Notes: a model not told the origin generated them from the letters alone. 64,000 nt of DNA from Verrucomicrobiota bacterium (GCA_049509875.1 JBEKZM010000001.1:107485-171484), one strand, 5' to 3'. Positions 17,554 through 27,885 are shown, numbered from the stretch's first letter. Numbers and translations: made by a program.

Positions 17554-18390
17554 ATGGAAATGCTCGATCCCAAAGTCGCCGCCGCCCGCTTGAAAAAGGC
17601 GTCCTCCTTGCGGCCGACCCTGGCCATCGTCCTGGGCAGCGGCTTCCACCATGTCCTCACCCGATTGCGCGTGGACAAAAAACTGGCTTATGCCCGCATC
17701 CCTGGTTTCCCCAAACCGACTGTCAGCGGCCACGCGGGCGAGTTGTTCTTTGGCCGGCTTGGCCAGACCCCGGTCATCGTCCTCAGCGGACGCGCCCATT
17801 ATTACGAAGGGCATTCCCTGGATCGCGTGACCTTTGCCGTGCGCGCGCTGGCGGCGTTTGGCATTCGCGACCTGCTGCTCACCAACGCCGCCGGGGGCTT
17901 GAATCGCGCCTTCCGGCCGGGCAACTTCATGGTCCTCACCGACCACATCAATTTCATGGGCGCCAATCCCCTCCGCGGGCCTGCTGCGCCGGGCCTTGGC
18001 CGTTTTGTGGACCTGACCGACACCTATGACGCCGGGCTCCGCCAGTGGCTGTCTGCCGCCGGCCAGGCGTCCGGGCTCAAGCTGCGCCAGGGCGTGTACC
18101 TGGCGGTCAGTGGCCCCAGCTATGAAACGCCGGCGGAAATCCGCGCCTTCGCCCGGCTGGGCGCCGACGCCGTGGGCATGAGCACGGTGCCCGAAGCGAT
18201 TGTTGCGCGCCAATGCGGCCTCCGCGTCGCCGCGGTCTCCTGCATCACCAACCTCGCCGCCGGCATCAGTCCGCATAAATTGTCGCACGCGGAGGTGCTG
18301 GCCACGGCCGAACAGGTCAAAACCGCCGGCGCAAAGTGGCTGGAAAATTTCGCGAAACATTACCGCCGGCATCCGGTCAAAAACGGATGA
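17554..18390 (+). CDS. punA: Purine-nucleoside phosphorylase (trimeric type)
   Basis: IVLGSG, GHAG, GRAHYYEG, TNAAGG, DHINF, GPSYETPAE, DAVGMSTVPE, CITN, LSHAEV. Confidence 0.95.
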   Translation: MEMLDPKVAAARLKKASSLRPTLAIVLGSGFHHVLTRLRVDKKLAYARIPGFPKPTVSGHAGELFFGRLGQTPVIVLSGRAHYYEGHSLDRVTFAVRALAAFGIRDLLLTNAAGGLNRAFRPGNFMVLTDHINFMGANPLRGPAAPGLGRFVDLTDTYDAGLRQWLSAAGQASGLKLRQGVYLAVSGPSYETPAEIRAFARLGADAVGMSTVPEAIVARQCGLRVAAVSCITNLAAGISPHKLSHAEVLATAEQVKTAGAKWLENFAKHYRRHPVKNG

Positions 18391-18496
18391 TCGAACCAAA
18401 GCCTGAGGGGACAAATTCCGGCCGCGCGCCCGCCTCGAGCCATGAATCCATTCATCCAGCCATCCAATATTCCGACGCCTGCATCCGGCCCTGACA

Positions 18497-18895
18497 ATGA
18501 AAATTGATGCCAAAAAATTGCTTGCCGCCGCCGCGCGAGCCCGGGCGGGCGCCGTCGCACCCTATTCCAACTTCAAGGTCGGCGCCGCGTTGCTCGCCCG
18601 GTCCGGCAGAATCATCGCCGGCGCCAACGTGGAGAGCGCCAGCTACGGTTTGACCTGTTGCGCCGAACGGATCGCCCTGTTCAAGGCCCTGACCGACGGC
18701 GAAAAGGATTTTCACGCCGTGGCTGTGGTGGCCCGCTGCCACGGCGGGCCAATGCCTTGCGGCGCCTGCCGCCAATTGCTGGCCGAGTACGCCCCCAACG
18801 CCCTGGTCTTGGTGGCCGACGCAGCGGATTTGACGGCCATCAAGCGGTTTACCGTGAGCCGGTTGTTGCCCCACGCGTTCCGTTTAGCCCCTTGA
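18497..18895 (+). CDS. cdd: Cytidine deaminase
   Basis: APYSNFKVGAAL, GANVESASYGLTCCAER, PCGACRQ. Confidence 0.95.
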   Translation: MKIDAKKLLAAAARARAGAVAPYSNFKVGAALLARSGRIIAGANVESASYGLTCCAERIALFKALTDGEKDFHAVAVVARCHGGPMPCGACRQLLAEYAPNALVLVADAADLTAIKRFTVSRLLPHAFRLAP

Positions 18896-18944
18896 TATCC
18901 AAAGGTTTCGTGGTAGTTTCCCCCTCCGCTATTGTTGTCGCGCG

Positions 18945-20474
18945 ATGAAGCCGGAAGTCGTATTTGGTTTGGAGAATGCCGCCTGGCCGGCGTTGCTGGT
19001 GAATGCCAGTGGCGCGATCCTGGTGTGCAATGCCGCCGCCAAGAAACTGTTTGGCCCACCTCTGGAGAATCGCTCCGCGGAGTTGGCCGCCGTCTGGGCC
19101 CCGGCGAATGGCACGGACCCGGCCGCCTTCCTGGTTTGGTGGGAAAAAAACCGCCCCGTGCCCTTCGAGTTGCAATTCCGCCTGCCGGGCGGCCTCGAAA
19201 GAAAATTCTCCGCCGCTATCGCCATCGCCCCGCACGGGGCCGACAAGCTGTTCGTGCTCCAGTTGCCGCCGTGGCCGGATAGCGCCCCCGGCCACACCGT
19301 CGAGTCGCCGACCGAATTCCGCAACGCCACCGGCGACGCCGCGCTGAAACAACGGCTCGATTGCGCGTTGCAACTGGCGCGCTCCGTTTCGCTGGATTTC
19401 AACAACGCGCTGACCGGCGTGTTGGCGCACACCTCGCTGCTGCTCAGCAAAGCCGACCCCAAGCACCCGTGGCGCCGTTCGCTGCTGGAAGTTGAAAAAT
19501 CCGCCGCCCGCGCCGCCGAAATTGCCGGCGAACTGGCCCTCTTCAGCCGGCAGGAAAAAGAAACCCGCCGCGCCCCCGCCGGCAATCTCAACACCGTCGT
19601 CAGCCGCTGCCTGGACGCCTTCCGCAACGCGGGCGGCGCCCGCCTGGCCTGGCGCTCCACCCAAGAACGGTCGCTCTTCGAAGCCCGCTACGACGAGGCC
19701 AAGGTGCAGCAGGCATTAACCAGGATATTCGAAAACGCCATGGAATCATTCGAGCCCGGCAACCCCGGCCAGATTTCCGTGGCCACGCGCAATGTGGAAT
19801 TGACGCAGGCCACCCAGGATCGCAACGTCCGCCTGGCCGCCGGCTCCTACGTCTGCGTGGAAATCACCGACAGTGGGGCCGGCATCGAAGCCGCCGTTTT
19901 GCCCCGCGTGTTTGAACCGTTTTTCACCACCAAACGCCCCCCCCACCGGGGCCTCGGTCTCGCCCTGGTCTATGGCATCATCACCAACCACGGCGGCGGC
20001 GTGGCCATTTCCAGCCAGGCCGGCAAGGGCACCTCCACGCGCTTGTACCTCCCGGCCGAAAAAACCATCGTGGACCAGGCGCTCCCCGGGGACAAGGAGT
20101 TCCACGGCACCGGCACCCTCCTCGTGGTGGACGATGAGAGCCTCATGCTGACCATGGCCGACGCCATTTTGACGGATTTTGGCTACCGGGTTTTGACGGC
20201 CAACAGCGGCCAAAAGGCGCTGCAGGTGCTCGCCCAACCGGGGACCACGGTCGATCTGGTGATCACCGATCTGGTCATGCCCGGCATGGGCGGCCGGGAA
20301 CTGATGGAGCGCATCCGGCAGGAGGGATTGGGAGTGCCCATCCTGGCCATGAGCGGCTATGTGCTGCCGGAGTCAAAACAGGACCAGATGGCCTATCTGC
20401 AAAAGCCCTTCACCAGTTCCGATTTGTTGCACAAAGTGAAGGCCGCGCTGGCCCGCGGAACAGTAGTTGACTAA
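18945..20474 (+). CDS. Hybrid PAS-HisKA-like-HATPase-receiver protein lacking the phosphoacceptor His
   Basis: H-box reads SLDFNNALT; N-box ENAME, G1 DSGAGI, F-box FEPFFTTK, G2 GLGL; receiver VVDDE..TDLVMPGMGG..QKPF. Confidence 0.88.
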   Translation: MKPEVVFGLENAAWPALLVNASGAILVCNAAAKKLFGPPLENRSAELAAVWAPANGTDPAAFLVWWEKNRPVPFELQFRLPGGLERKFSAAIAIAPHGADKLFVLQLPPWPDSAPGHTVESPTEFRNATGDAALKQRLDCALQLARSVSLDFNNALTGVLAHTSLLLSKADPKHPWRRSLLEVEKSAARAAEIAGELALFSRQEKETRRAPAGNLNTVVSRCLDAFRNAGGARLAWRSTQERSLFEARYDEAKVQQALTRIFENAMESFEPGNPGQISVATRNVELTQATQDRNVRLAAGSYVCVEITDSGAGIEAAVLPRVFEPFFTTKRPPHRGLGLALVYGIITNHGGGVAISSQAGKGTSTRLYLPAEKTIVDQALPGDKEFHGTGTLLVVDDESLMLTMADAILTDFGYRVLTANSGQKALQVLAQPGTTVDLVITDLVMPGMGGRELMERIRQEGLGVPILAMSGYVLPESKQDQMAYLQKPFTSSDLLHKVKAALARGTVVD

Positions 20475-20501
20475 ATGGAAAGGTTTTGTTTAACTCACCT
20501 T

Positions 20502-21383
20502 ATGCAAATCGAAAGCCTCAAAGTTTTCTGCGACCTGGCCGAAACCGAAAGCTTCACCAAGGCCGCGCAAATCAACAGCGTCACGCAATCGGCGGTCAGC
20601 CAGCAGATCAGTTCTCTCGAACGCATTTTCAAATCGCTCCTCATCGAGCGCAGCAAGAAACGTTTCCGGCTCACGCGCGAAGGCCAGGTGCTTTACGATT
20701 ACAGCAAGCAAATCATCCAGACTTATGAGTCGCTCCACAGCAAGCTCCAGGAATTGAAGGACATCATCTCCGGCACCATCCGCGTCGCCACCATCTATTC
20801 CATCGGCCTCCACGATTTGCCTCCGTATATCAAAAAGTTCATGCGGAGCTACCCCACGGTGAACGTCCACGTCGAGTACCGCCGCGCCAACCAGGTTTAC
20901 GAGGATGTCTTCAGCAATGTGGTGGACCTCGGCCTCGTGGCCTATCCGGTCAAGGATTCCAAGCTGGAAATTGTGCCCCTCCGCAAGGAGCCGCTGGTCC
21001 TCATCTGCCATCCGCAACACCCGTTCGCCAAACAAAAATCCATCAAGCTCAAACATCTCGTCGAACAAAAGGTCATCGGCTTCGAGCCGGATATTCCCAC
21101 CCGCAAGGCGCTCGACAAGATCCTGCGCGAATACGGCGTGGATGTGAAGCACGTGATGGAATTCGACAACGTGGAAACCGTCAAGCGCGCCGTGGAAATT
21201 GACGCCGGCGTCTCCATCGTGCCACTCGGCACGGTCACCCAGGAAGTCGCCAAACAAACCCTGGCCGCCGTGGAAATCGAGGACGGCGAATTCTTCCGGC
21301 CCCTGGCCGCCATCTACAAGAAGAACAAGGTCCTGTCGCCAGCCATGAAGCAGTTCCTCTCCATCCTCAAGGACGCGGCCTGA
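20502..21383 (+). CDS. LysR-family transcriptional regulator
   Basis: SFTKAAQINSVTQSAVSQQISSLE HTH; substrate domain with EFDNVETVKRAVE. Confidence 0.95.
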   Translation: MQIESLKVFCDLAETESFTKAAQINSVTQSAVSQQISSLERIFKSLLIERSKKRFRLTREGQVLYDYSKQIIQTYESLHSKLQELKDIISGTIRVATIYSIGLHDLPPYIKKFMRSYPTVNVHVEYRRANQVYEDVFSNVVDLGLVAYPVKDSKLEIVPLRKEPLVLICHPQHPFAKQKSIKLKHLVEQKVIGFEPDIPTRKALDKILREYGVDVKHVMEFDNVETVKRAVEIDAGVSIVPLGTVTQEVAKQTLAAVEIEDGEFFRPLAAIYKKNKVLSPAMKQFLSILKDAA

Positions 21384-21514
21384 GCCGGACACTTTCCCGG
21401 GGGTGGAACCGGCTTCCAGCCGGTTGAATCCGGCATCCTGCCGGATTCCGGGCGCACGCAAGATCTGTCAATGTCCTGTCGGCAGCGAGCGCAGAGAACG
21501 CCGCCCGATTGTTC

Positions 21515-22624
21515 TTACTTCAAGTTCCGCGGGTTCAGCCCCTTCAGATCCTTGCGCACAAAAATGCCGTCCTTGCGGATCAACTCGCCGTCAAACCAGA
21601 CTTCACCCCCGCCCCAGTCCGGGCGCTGAATCAGCACCATGTCCCAATGAATCGCGCTCTGGTTGCCGTTGCCACAATCCTCATACGCCTGGCCCGGCGT
21701 AAAGTGCAGCGAGCCGGCGATCTTCTCGTCGAATAAAATGTCGCACATCGGATTCAGTATATGCGGGTTGAAACCCAGCGAAAATTCGCCGATGTAGCGC
21801 GCGCCGGCGTCGGTGTCCAGGATCTCGTTCAACCGCTTGGTGTTGTTGGCGGAGGCATTGATGATTTTGCCGTCCTTCAATTCCAGCCGCACATTCTCAA
21901 ACTTGGTCCCGGAATACAGCGTCGGCGTGTTGAACTGGATGGTCCCGTTCACGGAATTCCTGACGGGGCAGGAAAAGACCTCGCCGTCCGGGATGTTGCG
22001 GTCGCCCTTGCACATCTTCGCGCCAATGCCCTTGATGCTGAACGTCAGGTCGGTGCCCGGACCCTTCAGGTGCACACGGTTGGTCTGGGCCATCAGCTTT
22101 TCCAGCGGCGCCATGGCCCGGCCCATCTTCGCGTAGTCCATCGTGCACACCTCGAAATACAGCGTCTCAAACGCCTCGGTGCTCATGCCCGCCGCCTGGG
22201 CCATGCTCGAGGACGGCCACCGCAACACGCACCAGCGCGTTTTGTTGATGCGATAATCCAGCACCGGGCGGACCGTCTTGGAGTACATCTTCATGCGGTC
22301 GCCCGGCACGTCGGCGTTCTCGTTCATGTTGTCCGCGCCGCGCAGGGCGATGTACGCCTGCATTTTCTTCATGCGGAACAGCTCCAAAGTGCGCACGTCC
22401 GCCGCCTGCGCTGCGGTGACGCCGAGCAGCAGCTCGCGACCCACCCGCGTGTGGCGCGTCTCCACAAAGGGCGTGGCGCCCGCCGCCCGCACGGCGCGAA
22501 CCAGCTCGATCGTAAATTCGTCCGGCACGTCGATCATGTCCAGCAGCACGCGCTCGCCTTTCTTGAGCGCCGTTGAATAATTGACCAGGAGCCTGGCCAG
22601 CTTCGTATAGCGTGGATCAGTCAT
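21515..22624 (-). CDS. Aminopeptidase, peptidase family M29 (AmpS/PepS-like)
   Basis: [47 protein letters not shown]. Confidence 0.92.
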   Translation of the reverse strand: MTDPRYTKLARLLVNYSTALKKGERVLLDMIDVPDEFTIELVRAVRAAGATPFVETRHTRVGRELLLGVTAAQAADVRTLELFRMKKMQAYIALRGADNMNENADVPGDRMKMYSKTVRPVLDYRINKTRWCVLRWPSSSMAQAAGMSTEAFETLYFEVCTMDYAKMGRAMAPLEKLMAQTNRVHLKGPGTDLTFSIKGIGAKMCKGDRNIPDGEVFSCPVRNSVNGTIQFNTPTLYSGTKFENVRLELKDGKIINASANNTKRLNEILDTDAGARYIGEFSLGFNPHILNPMCDILFDEKIAGSLHFTPGQAYEDCGNGNQSAIHWDMVLIQRPDWGGGEVWFDGELIRKDGIFVRKDLKGLNPRNLK

Positions 22625-22705
22625 ATTGGACTCGAGCATAAACAAATCTCCCCCGGCACGCCATCCTCCAAATTGGTGATGAGCGGAGAGCGAAGTTCGT
22701 TCAAC

Positions 22706-22877
22706 GCCCGCCCTCCCCCCGGCCTTTTCCCCCAGCAAGGGAAAAACGGTTGCCGCGTCTTGGCAAAATGTACCGCTGGGTTCGCCACAACGCTGGGAGC
22801 GCCGGTCTCCGACCCGGCTCGATCCTGCGGCGGCCATCCAATGAGCCGGTCGGAGACCGGCGCTCCGGTTCATGGGG
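22706..22877. mobile_element. Second MITE-like copy carrying a nested REP hairpin
   Basis: 22706-22733 is 24/28 identical to the reverse complement of 6321-6348; ends in ggttcatgggg; contains inverted arms 22796-22820 / 22843-22866. Confidence 0.55.
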
Positions 22878-23055
22878 AGGACCGTCGTCGAACCAACTTT
22901 AATGGAGAGTCGTTTAATCCGCCGGAGTCAACCAAGAATCTCGGCGCTTGACGAACCGTCATTCGAGTCCGAACCTTTCGCATCTGATTATGAGGGCCTC
23001 ATCTCGCCGTGACACTCAGAACAAAATACCGGTTTGCCACAATTTCAGAGTCCCT

Positions 23056-24309
23056 ATGTTTATGTCAATGCCACCCTATAAAATGCCGTCCTGGTCAACC
23101 ATCAAGGGCGGCCTCGTCTTCGCATTAATTCTCTGGATGCTTGTACCGCGGGTCCAGGCCGGGAACCCAAACCAGCGCAGCCCGGATCAGGTGCTGCTGG
23201 TGGACAACGAAAACAGCCCGGTTTCACAGGCGATTGCCCATGACTATGCCGGCCGACGAAAAATTGAGAACCGGCTTTCGGTTCGCTGCCCCGATTCTGC
23301 GTCCAGCACCGCCAACGAAACCATTCCTCTGGCCCTCTATGCCCAAGCCATCGAAAATCCCATCTGGGAATATCTCGCCGGCCACACAAACATCGACTTT
23401 GTAGTGCTCACCAAAGGCATTCCCATCCGGATCACCGGATCATCCATGGGCAGTTGTGATGAACACAGCCGCGAGCCGGCCGCCACCCGTGGACATCCGT
23501 CCGTGGACAGCACCCTGGCGGCGCTGGATTATGCGAATCTCCCCGGCACCATGAAAATCGACATCACCGGATCCGGCGCCGTCGGGTGCGCTTATTCCAA
23601 TCGTTACTGGAATGCCAGCGAGCCTTTTTCCCACGCGAAATTTGGCGGCTATCTGGTCGCCCGTCTGGATGGCTATACGGAAGCCGACGCCAAGGCGCTG
23701 GTGACCCGGGCCTTGACCGCGGAACTGGGCCTCGCGAATGGAAAGGTGTTGTTCGACGTCCAGCCGATTTTTGGGCTGGGTGACAAATCGACGCAACCCG
23801 CCCCCATCACCGGCAGAATCATCCTGCGCGAATCGCCCTGGAGCGAATACAATGCCGACCTGCAGCATGCCCATGACGTGCTGGCGAAACGCGGCATTCC
23901 CAACGAACTGGATCTGGATGAAACCTTCGTCGGTCATCGATCCAACCTGCTGGGCTATTTTTCGTGGGGCAGCAACGACGCCCGGTATTCCAGCGAGGCG
24001 TATCAAACCCTTTTCTTCGCCCCCGGTTCGTTGAGCGATACTGCCGTATCCACCTGCGCCCGGACTTTTCTCCCCACCCAAGGCGGACAATCCCTGCTGG
24101 TGGATTTGATTGCCCACGGACTTACCTGCGGCAAGGGGTACGTGGACGAACCGCTCTTGCAGGCGAACGCTTCGCCCACGATTGTGATGGACCGATATAC
24201 TTCAGGTTATACAATGGCTGAAAGTTTTTATGCCGCCTCCCATTTTGTCGGCTGGGAGGATGTCATCGTTGGCGATCCGCTTTGCCGCCCCTACGCCCGA
24301 CTCAAATAG
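23056..24309 (+). CDS. TIGR03790-family protein (secreted, unknown function)
   Basis: Signal-like segment then QVLLVDNENSPVS.AIAHDYA..R, YLVARLDG, GYFSWGSND, FAPGSL, GYVDEP, SWEDV-like GWEDVIVGDPL; start uncertain (23056 or 23083). Confidence 0.75.
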   Translation: MFMSMPPYKMPSWSTIKGGLVFALILWMLVPRVQAGNPNQRSPDQVLLVDNENSPVSQAIAHDYAGRRKIENRLSVRCPDSASSTANETIPLALYAQAIENPIWEYLAGHTNIDFVVLTKGIPIRITGSSMGSCDEHSREPAATRGHPSVDSTLAALDYANLPGTMKIDITGSGAVGCAYSNRYWNASEPFSHAKFGGYLVARLDGYTEADAKALVTRALTAELGLANGKVLFDVQPIFGLGDKSTQPAPITGRIILRESPWSEYNADLQHAHDVLAKRGIPNELDLDETFVGHRSNLLGYFSWGSNDARYSSEAYQTLFFAPGSLSDTAVSTCARTFLPTQGGQSLLVDLIAHGLTCGKGYVDEPLLQANASPTIVMDRYTSGYTMAESFYAASHFVGWEDVIVGDPLCRPYARLK

Positions 24310-24318
24310 ATTGTCGGT

Positions 24319-24696
24319 TCACAATCTAAATCTCATGCGCAACTCCATCAGCAAAGTGTTTTCCCAGGAGCTGACATGTTGGTCGGCGGTCATGATTTGC
24401 TCAACCGCGGCGAATACCTGCTTCTGCTGTTGACGATCGGTGAAAGCATCCGCCAGCAACAAGGCCTGTTCTTTTGCCTTCCAAACGGATTGAACCGCCG
24501 GCCGCATGCGGGTCACCGCCGCATCAAATTCCCGTTGCCGGTCAGGTTCCCCGCCAAAGCCCATGTCCGTCAACATTTCCTTCAATTGCGCGTCCTCAAC
24601 CGTGGTTAGATGCCCGTCCGCATACATCGCCAGAATCAAAAGATCGAAAAGTGCCTGCCGCTGGGAGGTCGAAAAATCCGTCAAATCTGTGGCCAT
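24319..24696 (-). CDS. TerB-family (tellurite resistance-like) protein
   Basis: LLILAMYADGHLTTVED and IMTADQHVSSWE two-half TerB motif. Confidence 0.7.
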   Translation of the reverse strand: MATDLTDFSTSQRQALFDLLILAMYADGHLTTVEDAQLKEMLTDMGFGGEPDRQREFDAAVTRMRPAVQSVWKAKEQALLLADAFTDRQQQKQVFAAVEQIMTADQHVSSWENTLLMELRMRFRL

Positions 24697-24841
24697 GTTG
24701 GAACGATAACACGATTGACAAAGAATTCACATGCTTTTGACCCCAAACCGGGGGACCCGGGCTGTCCATTTTGGGCGCGCTCGTCTAATCACGTTTTGCC
24801 CAACAGCACGCCGCGCACCGGCATTTTGAAAGCACGCCATT

Positions 24842-24883
24842 AAAACAAAACGCCCCGCGAACCAGCGCGGGACGTTCTGTTTT
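24842..24883 (-). terminator. Intrinsic terminator after hsp20
   Basis: Minus strand aacgtcccgcg-ctggtt-cgcggggcgtt followed by ttgtttta. Confidence 0.65.
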
Positions 24884-24911
24884 GCTATTCCTTCCTCTCT
24901 TCCGCTGGCGG

Positions 24912-25343
24912 TTAATCGCCTACGGTGATCCGCTTGGGCTTGGCTTCCTCGGCTTTGGGCAGCACCACGGTCAGAACGCCATCCTTGTAGGAGGCCTTCA
25001 CCTGGTCGCCCGCCACCGCCGTCGGCAGCGTCAGCACCCGGGAAAACCGCCCGAAGTAACGTTCCTGACGATGGACCTCCGTGCCCTCGTTCACTTTTTC
25101 CTCCTGGCGTTCGCCGGAGATCAACAGCGCGCCGTCCTGAACGGAGACCTCGATGTCCTCGCGCTTCATGCCGGGCAATTCGGCGCGAATCGTGAATCCG
25201 TCCTTGTCCTCATGCACATCCAGCGCGGGTGCCCACGCTCGCAACGGCGATTCAAAGACGCGGTCGATTTCATCCTGCAAGTTCGCCAGCCGGCCAAATG
25301 TGGGCCAAGCCAGCCCGGGTCGTGTATATTGCATCAGTTTCAT
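24912..25343 (-). CDS. Hsp20/alpha-crystallin small heat-shock protein
   Basis: PALDVHEDKDGFTIRAELPGMK, ERYFGRFSRVLTLP, ASYKDGVLTVVLPKAEEAKPKRI; SD GAAAGGA before ATG 25343. Confidence 0.95.
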   Translation of the reverse strand: MKLMQYTRPGLAWPTFGRLANLQDEIDRVFESPLRAWAPALDVHEDKDGFTIRAELPGMKREDIEVSVQDGALLISGERQEEKVNEGTEVHRQERYFGRFSRVLTLPTAVAGDQVKASYKDGVLTVVLPKAEEAKPKRITVGD

Positions 25344-25598
25344 GTTTGTCCTTTCGTTTTGATTGATTGTTCGTTGGTTACTTGTTTGTCTTGGGTGCTC
25401 ACCAGCACGTTCCATGGTTCATCATTTATTTCGGTTCCCGCATGGTTACTGAGCTTTGACAATGCCAATCCAATGAAGCGCGAAAATCATTGAAAACTGT
25501 TGAATTATTCGATTTTGGCAAGCGGGCGACGAGCAATCGTGGCACAGGTTGATGTGCCACGGTGGTTCGTTGTTGCCAAAATGGCACAACCAAATCCT

Positions 25599-26828
25599 TC
25601 AGGACATCAACTTGACCCAGGCGAGGAGGCCAGCCAGAGAGGCGAGCGTTACGGGCAGGCCCAAGCGGGAGAAGTCCCAGAAGCTGATTTTGACACCCAA
25701 GTCGCGCGCTTGCTGGACCGTGATTAAGTTGGCCACACTGCCGATGATGAGCAGGCTGCCGCCAAAGCTGTTCGCCAGCGCCAGGATATAGGCAGCCGTG
25801 GGCGTCAAGGGATGGACAACCTTAAGCAGCAGCATGACCGTCGGCGAGTTGTTGATCAGACTGGTTAAAACCGCCGTCGTGATCGTCAGATTCACCGGCC
25901 GGTCGAGATTGAATCCGGCTTGGGCCAACCGAGCCACCGCCTGGTCGCCAAAGCCGGTGGAGACAAAGGCGCCGGTCACCACAAACAGGCCGACAAACAA
26001 AACGAGGATCGGCCAGTCCACCAGCGCGAGCAATTCTTCGGTGCGGAATTTGGGACTGGCCAGATGAATGCCCGCCGCCGCCAGCGCGAGGATTTCCGTA
26101 GGCAGCGACGAGAAGAAAAGGCCAATCACTGCCGTCAACACGATCAATCCCTTGATGGTATGCGTGCGGTTGAAGGGATAGGAATGTTCGGGAGTTGAAT
26201 CCGGAGCCGGTTGCGACAGTTGAAGCTGATTCCGGGACAGGAACCAGATGATGCCGTACGCACACGTCATCGCGAAGGCCACGGGCACGCTGCTCCACAG
26301 CAGGTAACGGCCAAAGGCGAGATGCGCCGTCTGGCCGATGAGCATGTCCTGGGCATTGCCGATGAGCGTGGCCGCCGCGCCGATGTTGCTGGCGATGGCC
26401 AGCGCGACCAGGAAGGGCGCGGGATTGAGCCGTTGGCGCAGGAGCGCCGTGGCCACAATGGGCGTGAAGACAAAACACACGATGTCGTGGTTTAGAAAGG
26501 CGGACAGACCGCCGGTCACCACCATCAGAATAAATAGAAACCGCGCCGGATGGCCGAGCCGCTCGGAAATGCCCTCGGCCACCAGATTATAAAATCCCGA
26601 CAACCGGAGCTGGGCCGAGATCACGAAAAACCCGAACAGCAGGCAGATCGTCGGCCAGTTCACCCACGCAATCGCCTGGCTGGTCGCAACGTGGCCGAAA
26701 ATCATCATGGCGATGGCCCCCAGCAAGGCGATGCCCACGCGATTCAGTTTCAGGCCGGGGATGCGGCCCATGGCCAGGCCGAGATAGGTAATGGCGAAGA
26801 TCGCAAGGATGTTGGCGTTCGAGTTCAT
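25599..26828 (-). CDS. SLC13/ArsB/NhaD-family anion permease (YbiR-like)
   Basis: LNRVGIALLGA, SAFLNHD, IASNIGAAATLIGN, INNSP, SVANLIT; multiple TM helices. Confidence 0.85.
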   Translation of the reverse strand: MNSNANILAIFAITYLGLAMGRIPGLKLNRVGIALLGAIAMMIFGHVATSQAIAWVNWPTICLLFGFFVISAQLRLSGFYNLVAEGISERLGHPARFLFILMVVTGGLSAFLNHDIVCFVFTPIVATALLRQRLNPAPFLVALAIASNIGAAATLIGNAQDMLIGQTAHLAFGRYLLWSSVPVAFAMTCAYGIIWFLSRNQLQLSQPAPDSTPEHSYPFNRTHTIKGLIVLTAVIGLFFSSLPTEILALAAAGIHLASPKFRTEELLALVDWPILVLFVGLFVVTGAFVSTGFGDQAVARLAQAGFNLDRPVNLTITTAVLTSLINNSPTVMLLLKVVHPLTPTAAYILALANSFGGSLLIIGSVANLITVQQARDLGVKISFWDFSRLGLPVTLASLAGLLAWVKLMS

Positions 26829-26917
26829 GCCTGGGTTCCGGCGGGACAATGAAAGCCAAGAAACCTCCAATATTCAAGGGGGAATGACAATGTTCCGGGC
26901 ACGGGATTTGTGACGTC

Positions 26918-27070
26918 GGAGCGCGGCCGTCCCGGCCGCTGCCGCGTGATTCCGAACAAAATGCGATTAAACGACCATCGCCAAAACGAAAGGCCATCAA
27001 CCGCCGCCTCGCTAAAGTTTGAATCGGCCGCAAGTCACGGACACTTCAGCGCCCGGGACGGGCGCGTTCC
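26918..27070. repeat. REP doublet (inverted 23-bp arms)
   Basis: ggagcgcggccgtcccggccgct (26918-26940) versus agcgcccgggacgggcgcgttcc (27048-27070), 20/23 complementary. Confidence 0.7.
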
Positions 27071-27186
27071 GGCCCTGCCAATTAATGCACCATGGGGACG
27101 GGCCATCCCGACGCCGGCACGGCTGCCTTCGCCGGCCGATGGCTTGGCGATTGGAATTCCGCCAACTGCGCCGGCCGAAACGTCAT

Positions 27187-27215
27187 AAAAAAAGGCCGCG
27201 TTCGCACGCGGCCTT
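27187..27215 (-). terminator. Intrinsic terminator of the tol-pal transcript
   Basis: aaggccgcgt-tcgc-acgcggcctt stem with A7 on plus strand (U7 on minus). Confidence 0.8.
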
Positions 27216-27243
27216 GGGATTCTTCAATTCAAAAGTCCTCGGT

Positions 27244-27885
27244 TTACTGCACCGGAGCCTTGGGGGTGCAGTAAACAAACTGGCCGCGTCGGTTCTTGGC
27301 CCAGGCGGCTTCATCGTGGCCGGGATCCACCGGTTGGTCCTTGCCGTAGCTGATGGTCCGGATGCGCATGGGGTCGATGCCGACCTTGGCCAGCGCCTCG
27401 CGCAGGGCCAGCGCGCGGCGTTCGCCGAGCGAGCGGTTGTATTCCTCCGTGCCGCGCTCGTCGCAATGGCCTTCAATCAGCAGCTTGGCGTCGGGACTCG
27501 AACTGAGCGCCTGGCCCACGTTGGCCACGTTGGCCTGTTCGCTGTCCTGAACCACGGCACTGTCAAACTTGAAGTGCACCGTGTACGCCGCCAGCTTGTC
27601 GCGGTCTTGGTTCAAGGTGCCAGGATCCCATTCCGCCGTCGGACCGCCGCCGATCGGGGTGCCCGGGCCGGTGCCCGGAAGGCCCGGACCGGCGCTGGGC
27701 GTTTCAAAAGGCGGCACCGGATTACCGGGCGGCAGCGTGCCCGGACCGCCGGTCTCAGCAATCGGCTGCTCCCGATGACCCGGCAGGGTTGTGACTTTGC
27801 CATTAAAACCGTGTTTGCAACCGGTGGAAGCCAGCGCCGCCATCAGCGCCAGAGCGAGCGGCAGGACAATCTTGTTCAATTTCAT
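27244..27885 (-). CDS. pal: Peptidoglycan-associated lipoprotein, copy 2
   Basis: Lipobox ASTGC, Pro/Gly-rich linker, OmpA domain VHFKFDS, IEGHCDERGTEEYNRSLGERRA, SYGKD, KNRR. Confidence 0.92.
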   Translation of the reverse strand: MKLNKIVLPLALALMAALASTGCKHGFNGKVTTLPGHREQPIAETGGPGTLPPGNPVPPFETPSAGPGLPGTGPGTPIGGGPTAEWDPGTLNQDRDKLAAYTVHFKFDSAVVQDSEQANVANVGQALSSSPDAKLLIEGHCDERGTEEYNRSLGERRALALREALAKVGIDPMRIRTISYGKDQPVDPGHDEAAWAKNRRGQFVYCTPKAPVQ

